A stretch of 44,118 nucleotides of DNA, from the NCBI GenBank assembly GCA_964514515.1, contig CAZERK010000001.1, positions 1 through 44,118 of the forward strand, in the 5' to 3' direction. The translations under genes were made by a program, and so were the position numbers. Position 1 is the first letter of the stretch; every line of letters begins with the position of its first letter. The notes under the pieces are model-generated. The model was not told the origin of the DNA, did not search any database, and saw only the letters and a program-made list of their open reading frames with translations. Of this stretch, positions 32,624 through 40,872 are shown piece by piece. Source of the DNA: an uncultured Planctomycetaceae bacterium. Its GTDB lineage: Bacteria; Planctomycetota; Phycisphaerae; UBA1845; UTPLA1.

Positions 32624-32794
32624 ATGCGCAAGTTGCTTCGGATTCGGTGGCTTGTGTGCGGCGCGACTCTGCTCGCGCTCAGCAGTTGCGCCACCAGCCA
32701 GCAGTGGATGGACTTCGGTCGCACCGAGTTGGCCCGCGCCGTCGCGGACATTCTCGGGCGACTCTTCCAGCAGACCATCCAGGGCAGCACGTAG
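32624..32794 (+). CDS. Small lipoprotein (56 aa)
   Basis: ATG at 32624-32626 with GGAGGA (32614-32619). MRKLLRIRWLVCGATLLALSSC has a good lipobox (L-S-S-C). The mature peptide is 34 aa (ATSQQWMDFGRTELARAVADILGRLFQQTIQGST). This is the 3' end of track ORF 32036..32794, whose upstream part crosses the divergent intergenic region. Confidence 0.55.
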   Translation: MRKLLRIRWLVCGATLLALSSCATSQQWMDFGRTELARAVADILGRLFQQTIQGST

Positions 32795-32873
32795 GCACGC
32801 TCGCCCAGTCGACTAACCGAAGGGCGGCGACCTTGGCGAGTCTATCGCCGCGTTGCGCGGCGCGGGACGTGAC

Positions 32874-34850
32874 ATGAGCCCCAGCAAAACACTTCGCTTT
32901 GGCCTGTTCATCGCGATGACGGTCTTCGCCGGCGCCGCGCTCGCCCAAGAGCCCCCACCGCCCGAATCCGGCGCGGCGTTGGTCGAATTGAACCGGGCCA
33001 TTCGCGCCTACACGGCCGAAGACCGCGACACGGCGGCGCAGCTCCTCGAAGGTCTGCTCGCCCGCGAACCCACGGCCGAACTGCGTGTGAGCTGCTACTA
33101 CTACCTCGGCTTGATCGGTCTGGAGCGCGGCTTGGGCCATGCGGCCGCCGCCCAGATCGCCCGCACGCAGGAGAATCCGGAGCAGGCGACGGCGGAAGCC
33201 GGGCTCGCCCGTACGGAATTCGAGGCGGCACAAAAGCATTTCGAGGCGGTCGTGCAGCTCGCCGACCCGACCGCGGAAATCGTGTCCGCGGCGCTGATGC
33301 TGGGCATCTCCCAGCTCGCCAGCGACTTCCCGGAGGAAGCGTTGTCCGCCCGCAGCCTGTCAGAGCGCGCCGCCCAGACGCTGGCCCGCTACACCGGCGA
33401 AACGGACTACGGCGCGAAGGACCGTTACGGCTTTTTCTATCTCGCCGTGGCACGCTACCGCCTGGCCGACGACTACCGCGATCAGGCCAGTCGCCAGAAA
33501 GAGTACAAGGCGATGCTGGAGGGCGCGCAGGAAGCGCTCGATCGCGCCCAGACGTTGGCAGACGAAGACCTCGCGCTCGGCAAACTGACGCCCGTCGGCC
33601 TCGAGGCGTTCCGCACGGTCGTGGCCTACTACGAGGGGCTGCTGGCGATCGTGCGCAGCGACCATCCGGGGGCACGCAAGCTCTTCAGTGACGTCGCCAG
33701 CCGCGCCGAGGGCACGGACCTCGCCCGCAACGCCAGCGCCATCGTCAACCGCCTCGATGAAGTCGAAGCAACGAACCCGCCGCGCATCCAGTTGCCGGTG
33801 CCGGCGCCCATCGGGCCTTGGGAGTTCGACGCCCGCCTGCGCATCGGCAATGGCTACGACTCCAACGTCGTGCTGCTGGGCAAGGACACGACTCTACCGC
33901 GGAGCTATCGGCGGCAGGACGACTACTTCGCCGGCATTCACGCGGACTTCAATCTCAGCCGCTACATCCCGAAGTCGGAAGCCCCCTGGGTCGGCGAGAG
34001 CCTGACGGTCGGCATGGGCGGCGGCGTCAGCGCGACGTGGCAGCCGAACGTGACGCAGTTCGACGTCAACCGCTACCCGGGCCGCGCGTACGTGAACTGG
34101 CAGCCGATCCGCGACCTGTACTTCGGTCTGCAATACGAGTACTCGTACACGCAACTCGGACACGAACCGTACATCTCCAGCCAGCGGCTGTCGCCCGTCC
34201 TGTCGAAGATCTGGCGCACCAAGAGCACCAGCGGCACCGAGCTCGAGGCGGGGCGCACGGACGTGTACTACACGCACGACGAGCGCAACTATATGGATCG
34301 CCTAAGCGACGTCCGGCTGAACCGCGACGGCGTATACCAGGCGATCGGCGTGCAGCACACGTTCAACCTGTGGCGCAGCGAAGAACTGGCGTACATGCGG
34401 CCGTACTTCGATGCGCACGCCCGCGAGCGGACGCTATTCGGCAACGACTGGCTGAGCTTCACGCTGGGCTACGAGTACCGCGACGAGCAGACGGTCGGCA
34501 CGGAGTTCGACCTGTGCGGGCACGCCATGACGTGGGGGCTGAACGTGCCGCTGCCGTACCGGCTGGCGTTCCAGGCGCGCGGTGAGTTCTCGTGGGCGGA
34601 CTACCAGGCGGCGAGCCTGTTCGATTTCAGCCGCCAGGAACGCGCCGACTTTCTGCAGCGCTACGATCTGAGTGTGGTGTACTGGCTGATTCGCCGCGGC
34701 GAGGACGCGAACCTCCGCACGCTGGACGTCCGCTTGCGGACCGGCGTGGAATTCACGTTCCAGAACTCGAACATCTGGAACCGCCTCGGCGAGGACATCT
34801 ACGAATACGACCGGGCGATCTACGGCGTAACGCTGGAAGTGGACTTCTAG
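32874..34850 (+). CDS. Outer-membrane protein: signal peptide, roughly 300-aa TPR-like helical domain, C-terminal beta-barrel ending in Phe
   Basis: ATG at 32874 (the track start, TTG 32853, is also possible). MSPSKTLRFGLFIAMTVFAGAALA-QE is a signal peptide. The helical Ala/Leu/Glu-rich N-half has Y/L-spaced repeats. From PWEFDARLRIGNGYDSNVVLL onward there are alternating-hydrophobicity strands rich in Y/W/G/N. The terminal YGVTLEVDF is a typical OMP C-terminal signature. Confidence 0.75.
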   Translation: MSPSKTLRFGLFIAMTVFAGAALAQEPPPPESGAALVELNRAIRAYTAEDRDTAAQLLEGLLAREPTAELRVSCYYYLGLIGLERGLGHAAAAQIARTQENPEQATAEAGLARTEFEAAQKHFEAVVQLADPTAEIVSAALMLGISQLASDFPEEALSARSLSERAAQTLARYTGETDYGAKDRYGFFYLAVARYRLADDYRDQASRQKEYKAMLEGAQEALDRAQTLADEDLALGKLTPVGLEAFRTVVAYYEGLLAIVRSDHPGARKLFSDVASRAEGTDLARNASAIVNRLDEVEATNPPRIQLPVPAPIGPWEFDARLRIGNGYDSNVVLLGKDTTLPRSYRRQDDYFAGIHADFNLSRYIPKSEAPWVGESLTVGMGGGVSATWQPNVTQFDVNRYPGRAYVNWQPIRDLYFGLQYEYSYTQLGHEPYISSQRLSPVLSKIWRTKSTSGTELEAGRTDVYYTHDERNYMDRLSDVRLNRDGVYQAIGVQHTFNLWRSEELAYMRPYFDAHARERTLFGNDWLSFTLGYEYRDEQTVGTEFDLCGHAMTWGLNVPLPYRLAFQARGEFSWADYQAASLFDFSRQERADFLQRYDLSVVYWLIRRGEDANLRTLDVRLRTGVEFTFQNSNIWNRLGEDIYEYDRAIYGVTLEVDF

Positions 34851-34908
34851 CCGCCGCGCGGGCACCGGGGCGCTGCGCACGAGCAGGCGGTGCCGTCAGG
34901 AGCGGAGC

Positions 34909-35982
34909 ATGAACACGCGACAATCCTTGCGAACGGCGCTGGTGACCGGCATCTTGCTGGCCGGCGCGGGGGCCGCGGTCGCCCAGGAACTGCTCTCCGT
35001 GACCGGAGTCTCGCGCCGCGGAGCGGCTTTGTTCGAACCGGAAAGCGGCGAGGCCGTTCTGCTGTTGCCCGGCCGCGCTATCGCTCCGGGGTCGATCAAA
35101 GTCGAGGCGGATGCCCAACTCATGCTCTTCGAGCCGGCGGGAACGGTACTGGTGGCCATCGGCCCGGCTCAATTGGCAATCGCACGCGACGAGATCGGCG
35201 GCGGGGTCCAGATCGAACTCAAGCGCGGCCGCGTGGCCGTCGCAACGGACGACGCCGGGCGTGGCGTGACGCTGTTCGCCCAGTTGACCGATGCGGCCAA
35301 GACCGAAGTAGAACTGACGCCGGCGCCGGGGCACGTGTACGTGCAGCGCAGCGGCGAACGCGTCCGGATCGCGTATGCACCCGAAGGCGAAGGCAGCAGT
35401 CTCGACGTTCGCGTGAACGGCAACCCGGTCAATCTGGCTGCGGGGCAGGCACTGGTGGTCGCAGACGGCGGGCCGCAGCAGGAGGTCTTGGGCGACTGGT
35501 TGGGGCAGGAAGGCTTCACGCAGCCGTGGGGCCGCGAACTCGGCGTCGCCTCGGCGCAGGCCGCCCGGGCCGAGGTCGAGGCCAAGCTCTTCGACAACGT
35601 CATCACCTGGGATCGCTACGCGGGGGCCACGTACGTGGTGCAGCGCCTGCGCGAGCAGCGCTTCAACCTGGAGATTCGCGCCACGGTCCAGGCCGTCACG
35701 ACCGCCAACCGCTCCAGCCAGCGCGGCGGCGAAGTACAGACGGCGCCGTTCCCGGGCGCGAACGCGGTGCCGGTCATTTCGCCGGCAGCCGCCAGCGTGC
35801 AGGACCCGCACAACGTGGGGCAGAACTTGACGGCCATTCAGCTCAACAGCAATGCCGCTCGCCTGCTGGAGGCGACTGGCAGCCGCGGCCTGGGGTTCCA
35901 GGGTCTGCGGCTGTTGTCGGTGCCCGGCGTAACGAGCACAGGCACCCGGACGATCGGGCCAGCCGGTCTGGGTGCGCAGTAG
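34909..35982 (+). CDS. Secreted FecR-domain-like protein (357 aa)
   Basis: Signal peptide MNTRQSLRTALVTGILLAGAGAAVA-QE. The beta-rich pattern GSIKVEADAQLMLFEPAGTVLVAIGPAQLAI...IELKRGRVAV...VTLFAQL...VELTPAPGHVYVQRSGERVRIAY...VRVNGNPVNLAAGQALVV resembles the FecR sensor fold. No cytoplasmic anti-sigma segment or TM helix. Confidence 0.6.
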   Translation: MNTRQSLRTALVTGILLAGAGAAVAQELLSVTGVSRRGAALFEPESGEAVLLLPGRAIAPGSIKVEADAQLMLFEPAGTVLVAIGPAQLAIARDEIGGGVQIELKRGRVAVATDDAGRGVTLFAQLTDAAKTEVELTPAPGHVYVQRSGERVRIAYAPEGEGSSLDVRVNGNPVNLAAGQALVVADGGPQQEVLGDWLGQEGFTQPWGRELGVASAQAARAEVEAKLFDNVITWDRYAGATYVVQRLREQRFNLEIRATVQAVTTANRSSQRGGEVQTAPFPGANAVPVISPAAASVQDPHNVGQNLTAIQLNSNAARLLEATGSRGLGFQGLRLLSVPGVTSTGTRTIGPAGLGAQ

Positions 35983-36138
35983 CGTCCAACGAAATCGATC
36001 GCAGGGTCGCGCCAAACAGGCGCGGCGGTGCGGTCCGCAAGTGAGGATGGTCTGAGGCCGCAAGGGAGTGCGGACCGGCGGGGTTGGTGCACGTGGCTGC
36101 GCCCGCTCTCGGCCGCAATCCGTCGTGGAGGTCTGGTC

Positions 36139-39100
36139 ATGCGTAACCGCGGGAACATCGTGGAACTTCGGCGCCGGGCTCTGCAGGCGCTCGCCTTGGG
36201 CGCGGCACTCTTCGGCGTCACGAGCGCGCTGGGACAGGCGCACCACCTGGCCTTCACGGTCGAGCCGGTGACGAGCACGGCCGGCGTGACGCTGGTCCCG
36301 GAGATCACGATTCAGGACGCGGGCAACCTGACCGTGGCCGGCGACGACCGCCTGATCACGCTGACGCTGCTCAATCCGAACGGCGCGACGCTGGCAGGCA
36401 CCGTCAGCCTGACGACCGTGAACGGCGTCGCGACCTGGACCGGCGTGGAGGCCCTGCACATCAACAAGACGGGCACCGGCTACCAATTGCAGGCGTCGCA
36501 CGACGGGGCGGCCTTCGCCGGCACGGACACGGTCGACAGCGCCCTGTTCAACATCACACCCGATGTGGCCGACCACCTCGCCTTTACGGTGGAGCCGGTC
36601 ACCAGCACGGCCGGCGTCAATCTCGTCCCCGCGGTCACGATTCAGGACCAGTTCAACAACACCGTCACCGGCGACAACCGGACGGTCTCGTTCACCTTGC
36701 TCAATGCGGCCGGCGCGAGCTTGGCGGGCACGACGAGCATGCTGACCTCCAGCGGCGTGGCCACATGGGGCGCCCTGCAGGCCATGCACATTGACAAGAC
36801 CGGCACGGGCTACCAGTTGCGCGTGGCGCATGACGGGGCCGGATTTACCGGCACCGACACGACGGACAGCGCCGCCTTCAACATTACTGCCGACGTCGCC
36901 CACCACCTCGCCTTCTCCGTACAACCCAGCACCAGCACGGCCGGCACGAACCTCGTTCCCGCCGTGACCATCCAGGATCAGTTCAACAACACAGTGACCG
37001 GCGACGACCGCACGATTTCGTTCACCCTGCTCAACGCGGGCGGCGCGACGCTGGCGGGCACGACGTCACTGCTGTCCACCAGCGGCGTGGCCACGTGGAC
37101 CGGCGTGCAGGCGATGCACATCGACAAGACCGGCCTCGCGTACCAGTTGCGCGCCGCCCACGACGGCGGCGCATTCGCCGGCAGCGATACGGTCGACAGC
37201 AGCGCGTTCAACATCACCGCCGGCGCCGCCGACCACTTGTCCATCACGACCATTTCCACTCCGCAGGATGCGGGCGTCGCATTTCCGGTCATCGTCAACG
37301 TGCTGGACTCGCTCAACAATGCGGCCGGCGTGGCGGCACCGACAACGGTGCAGCTCAGTCTGGCAACCGGCACGGGGACGCTGTCAGGCACATTGACGCG
37401 CATCATCGGCGTGGGTGAGACATCGGCATCGTTCGCCGTCAGTTACGACACCGCCGAAGCCGGCGTGAGCATCCTCGCCCAGCGCACGGCCGGCGACGTA
37501 TTGACGCAAGCGACGTCCAACGCGTTCGCCGTGAGCCCGAGTCCACCGGTGGCGCTGAGCATCTCGAACATTGCCGCGCAGACCGCCGGCACCGCCTTCA
37601 ACGTCACCGTGCGATCGGTGGACAGTGTCGGCAACGCGGCCAATGTGTCCGGAAACACGGGCGTGACGCTGTCGCTGAATACGGGCTCGGGAACGCTGGG
37701 CGGCACGGTCAGCGGCACGATTTCGGCCGGAACCAGCAGCGTGACGATCGTCGGCGTGACGTACAACAAGGCCGAAAGCGGCGTCAGCCTCACGGCGACG
37801 CGCACGAGCGGTGACGTGCTCACCGCAGGCAACTCGAATCAGTTCGTGGTCAATGCGGGCACCGCCGTGGGGTTGCTCTTCGTGGCCCAACCGACCAACA
37901 CGGACCCGGCCACGGCCATTCTCGTTTCGGTCGAGATTGTCGATGCCCTGAACAACCGCGTTACGTCGGCCACCGACAACGTGACCATGTCGCTGGTCAA
38001 TCCCGGCGGGTGCGCCGGCGTACTGACGGGCACCACGACCGTCGCGGCAGCCGCGGGCCTGGCGGAGTTCACCGGCGTGGAGAACCTTCGCATCGCGCAG
38101 GTCTGCAGCGGCTATCGTCTGCGGGCGTCGGCCGGCGGGTTGGGGACGGTGGACTCGAACCTGTTCAGTGTGACGGCCGGCACGGATTTAACGGGCGCCA
38201 CGCTGACGCTCACGCCGGCGGGCTCCGCCACGAATCTGTCGGTCACCTACACAATCGCGGGCTCGCAGACCGTCAACGCCTTCACGATCGAGTATGGCCT
38301 GAAGTTCGAGGCGGACGCGGACCCGATCGACACGGTGTTCGGGTCGCAGGTCATCAACGACGCCAGCCTCCGCGCTCCCGGCGTGCACACCGTCGCACTG
38401 GGCGACATTCGCCCGTCGCTCAACGGGCTGGTGCGCGACGGCGATCGCGTGGCGGTCAATCTGGATTCGACGAACGCGGTGGCTGAGTCGGATGAGACCA
38501 ACAACGTCGGCGAAAGCACGCTGACGGTCGACCTGTCGATGGACGCCCTGCTGGCCACCATCGACGGGGCCAGCTCCAACGTGCAGGTCACCTACTTCGT
38601 AAACAGCGTCGCCAACGTCCCGGCCTTCGTCGTCCGCGTCGGTCTGGACAACAACAACGACGGCACGATCGACGACGTGCTGCGCGACGTGCCCTGCGGT
38701 GCCGGCGGCGTCACACCCGGGGCCCACGTACTGCCGATCGACATTGGGGCCGAACTGGCGACGCGCTCGATCGCGACCGGCGCAAACGTCATCTTGCGAG
38801 CGGTACTGGATATCACCGGCACGGTGGTCGAGTCGGACGAGACCAACAACAGCCTCAGCGCGAGCCAGCAATACCGCGTCGACCTCGTGCTCACGCGCAT
38901 CGCGTTCCCCGGCACCGGTCTGGACAACGACTTCGTCGCCACCGTGAACTACTCCGTCGCGGCCAACCAGGTCAGCGAGAACTTCACGATCGGCTTCTAC
39001 GTGTCCGACAACTCCGCCGTCGACAGCGTCGCCGGCGATATTCGCATCGGCGAACTGCAGATCACCGCCGCCGCCGACAAGACGGTCGGCCCGCACTCCA

Positions 39101-40815
39101 AGCAGATCACGCTGCAAGTCGCGTCGGCCGTGTTCAACAGCTTCAACTTCTTCATCAAGGCGCGCATCGACGACCTCGCCACGGTCACCGAGACCGACGA
39201 GACCAACAACATCGCCGCCAGCCCGAACTCCACGGCCGATCCGAACGCCGACGTGGACGGCGACGGGCTGACCCGTGTGCAGGAGGAGGCGGGCTTCACG
39301 ATCCCGGCCGGCGCAGTCACGCGGATTGACACCTTCAGCTCCGCCGAGATTCCGCCCGAGCGCACCCGCACCTTTGACAGCGCCACGGACTCGGACGAGG
39401 ACGGCTTGCGCGACGATGTCGAACGCAACACGAACACCAACCCGGCCGATCCGGATACGGACGGTGACGGGCTGGCGGACGGCACCGAAGACGCCAATCA
39501 GAATGGCGTGGTCGACGCCGGCGAAACCGATCCGCGCAATTGGGACACCGACGGCGACGGACTCAGCGACGCCGAGGAGCGGGCCGGGTTCCTGGTCACG
39601 CGCTTCGCGGCCGGCTCGACGAGCGGGCGCTTCGTGGCCGCCACGGTCGTGCGGGTCTTCACCGACCCCACCATGGCCGACACCGACGGCGACGGCATCA
39701 GCGACTGGGACGAGGTCATGACCTTCGCCCGCTTTGCGGCCGGACTCGCCGACCTGACGCTGAACGCCGGCGGCGACGTCGCGGACGGCACGGTCGTCGG
39801 CACGGGAACCGAGCTCGACGGACTGCGCTGGACCGCACTGTCGGCCGCCCAGCAGGCCAGCGTGCGAGCCCAGTTCGGCGCGGTGTCGAGTATCGGCTTG
39901 CAGACGGCCGCGGCCCGCATCGGCCGGCGCACTTTCGGGCCGGGCATGGCCCTCACGGATCTACCGGCCGGCGACGTACGCCGCACGCTTGGCCTGCGGG
40001 GCAAACCCGTCTGGGGCGTGCGAACGGACCCGACGCTGGCCGACACGGACGAGGATGGTTTGGCCGACCCGGTCGATCCGGCGCCGCAGATCAACCCCGC
40101 CCGTTGGGGCTATGACACGAACGCGGACGGCGCGTTCAACCAGACGGACATCGACGCGATCCGCACGCAAGCTCCTGCGGATCAGCAGGCCACAATCCCC
40201 ACGACGAACGAAGGCTTCCAGCGCCAACTGCTGAACTTCGACCAGGACGGCGACGGCTTCCTCGAGGCACCGGACGCCAACGGCGACGGCTTCCCCGATT
40301 TCACGCGGTGGAACGAGCCCACCATCGAGCAGGCCTTCGGCATCGACTTCAGCAACGACGGCACGCTCACCGACGGTTTCGACGTCGGCGGGCTCAACCA
40401 GGGCGCGTCCGGCCCGTTCGACGATCGCTGCGGCAGCGCTAACGAAGGCCAAGCCCTCTACGGCACCTACCGCATCATCCGCACCGCGGACGGCGGCACC
40501 GAGGGCGACGGCCAGCTCGACACCCTCGACGCAGCCACGCAGCAACTGATGACCACGGACAACTGCCCGACCACCACCAATGCCGACCAGCTCGACTATG
40601 ACGGCGACGGTCTGGGCGACGCGTGCGATGCCGACCTCGACAACGACGGTGTCGCCAACGAACTGGACCCGGTCACGCAACCGCTCGGCGGCCGCTGCAG
40701 CACGCCGAACGCGAAGTATCGGCCGGTCGTGCCGTGCGGGCTGATCCTGATGCCGCTATTCGCGGTCTACGTCCTGATGCTCCATCGCCGCCGCGCCGCG
40801 CGACGAATCGGTTAG
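36139..40815 (+). CDS. Giant surface/adhesin-like protein (about 1558 aa): signal peptide, 6 Ig-like repeats, 3 CARDB-like domains, Asp-rich calcium-binding (thrombospondin type 3-like) repeats, C-terminal Cys-TM-Arg sorting signal
   Basis: ATG at 36139 with GGAGG (36128-36132); the track starts at 36028. Signal peptide ...GVTSALG-QA. Units of about 110 aa: HLAFTVEPVTSTAGVNLVPAVTIQDQFNNTVTGD...GVATW...IDKTGTGYQL...FNIT. Three domains end in E(S/T)DETNN (about 38484, 38830, 39190). Asp-rich repeats: DTDGDGLADGTEDANQNGVVDAGETDPRNWDTDGDGLSDAEE, DTDGDGISDWDE, DTDEDGLADPVDP, DYDGDGLGDACDADLDNDG. Tail: YRPVVPCGLILMPLFAVYVLMLHRRRAARRIG. Confidence 0.9.
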   Translation: MRNRGNIVELRRRALQALALGAALFGVTSALGQAHHLAFTVEPVTSTAGVTLVPEITIQDAGNLTVAGDDRLITLTLLNPNGATLAGTVSLTTVNGVATWTGVEALHINKTGTGYQLQASHDGAAFAGTDTVDSALFNITPDVADHLAFTVEPVTSTAGVNLVPAVTIQDQFNNTVTGDNRTVSFTLLNAAGASLAGTTSMLTSSGVATWGALQAMHIDKTGTGYQLRVAHDGAGFTGTDTTDSAAFNITADVAHHLAFSVQPSTSTAGTNLVPAVTIQDQFNNTVTGDDRTISFTLLNAGGATLAGTTSLLSTSGVATWTGVQAMHIDKTGLAYQLRAAHDGGAFAGSDTVDSSAFNITAGAADHLSITTISTPQDAGVAFPVIVNVLDSLNNAAGVAAPTTVQLSLATGTGTLSGTLTRIIGVGETSASFAVSYDTAEAGVSILAQRTAGDVLTQATSNAFAVSPSPPVALSISNIAAQTAGTAFNVTVRSVDSVGNAANVSGNTGVTLSLNTGSGTLGGTVSGTISAGTSSVTIVGVTYNKAESGVSLTATRTSGDVLTAGNSNQFVVNAGTAVGLLFVAQPTNTDPATAILVSVEIVDALNNRVTSATDNVTMSLVNPGGCAGVLTGTTTVAAAAGLAEFTGVENLRIAQVCSGYRLRASAGGLGTVDSNLFSVTAGTDLTGATLTLTPAGSATNLSVTYTIAGSQTVNAFTIEYGLKFEADADPIDTVFGSQVINDASLRAPGVHTVALGDIRPSLNGLVRDGDRVAVNLDSTNAVAESDETNNVGESTLTVDLSMDALLATIDGASSNVQVTYFVNSVANVPAFVVRVGLDNNNDGTIDDVLRDVPCGAGGVTPGAHVLPIDIGAELATRSIATGANVILRAVLDITGTVVESDETNNSLSASQQYRVDLVLTRIAFPGTGLDNDFVATVNYSVAANQVSENFTIGFYVSDNSAVDSVAGDIRIGELQITAAADKTVGPHSKQITLQVASAVFNSFNFFIKARIDDLATVTETDETNNIAASPNSTADPNADVDGDGLTRVQEEAGFTIPAGAVTRIDTFSSAEIPPERTRTFDSATDSDEDGLRDDVERNTNTNPADPDTDGDGLADGTEDANQNGVVDAGETDPRNWDTDGDGLSDAEERAGFLVTRFAAGSTSGRFVAATVVRVFTDPTMADTDGDGISDWDEVMTFARFAAGLADLTLNAGGDVADGTVVGTGTELDGLRWTALSAAQQASVRAQFGAVSSIGLQTAAARIGRRTFGPGMALTDLPAGDVRRTLGLRGKPVWGVRTDPTLADTDEDGLADPVDPAPQINPARWGYDTNADGAFNQTDIDAIRTQAPADQQATIPTTNEGFQRQLLNFDQDGDGFLEAPDANGDGFPDFTRWNEPTIEQAFGIDFSNDGTLTDGFDVGGLNQGASGPFDDRCGSANEGQALYGTYRIIRTADGGTEGDGQLDTLDAATQQLMTTDNCPTTTNADQLDYDGDGLGDACDADLDNDGVANELDPVTQPLGGRCSTPNAKYRPVVPCGLILMPLFAVYVLMLHRRRAARRIG
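36244..37233 (+). repeat. Three tandem 330-bp (110-codon) highly similar repeats encoding the first Ig-like domains of the adhesin
   Basis: The CAC-CTC/CTG-GCC-TT(C/T) unit starts recur at 36244, 36574 and 36904, and the next (more diverged) unit begins at 37234. The period is exactly 330 nt. Confidence 0.85.
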
Positions 40816-40872
40816 AATGCCGCCACCCCGGCCGTACCGCGCCGCACCGGATCGCGCGCGGACGGACCGGTC

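Noticed and set aside
34753-36924. 723-aa minus-strand ORF overlapping the FecR-like and adhesin genes
   Set aside because: It is antisense to two plus-strand genes that have signal peptides, RBSs and recognisable domains. Its own translation is Arg/Gly/Ala-rich junk.
40717-40812. Calling the adhesin tail a canonical PEP-CTERM signal
   Set aside because: The tripartite layout fits, but the motif is VPCG rather than (V)PEP, and no exosortase is in the window. It is reported only as a CTERM-type sorting-signal candidate.
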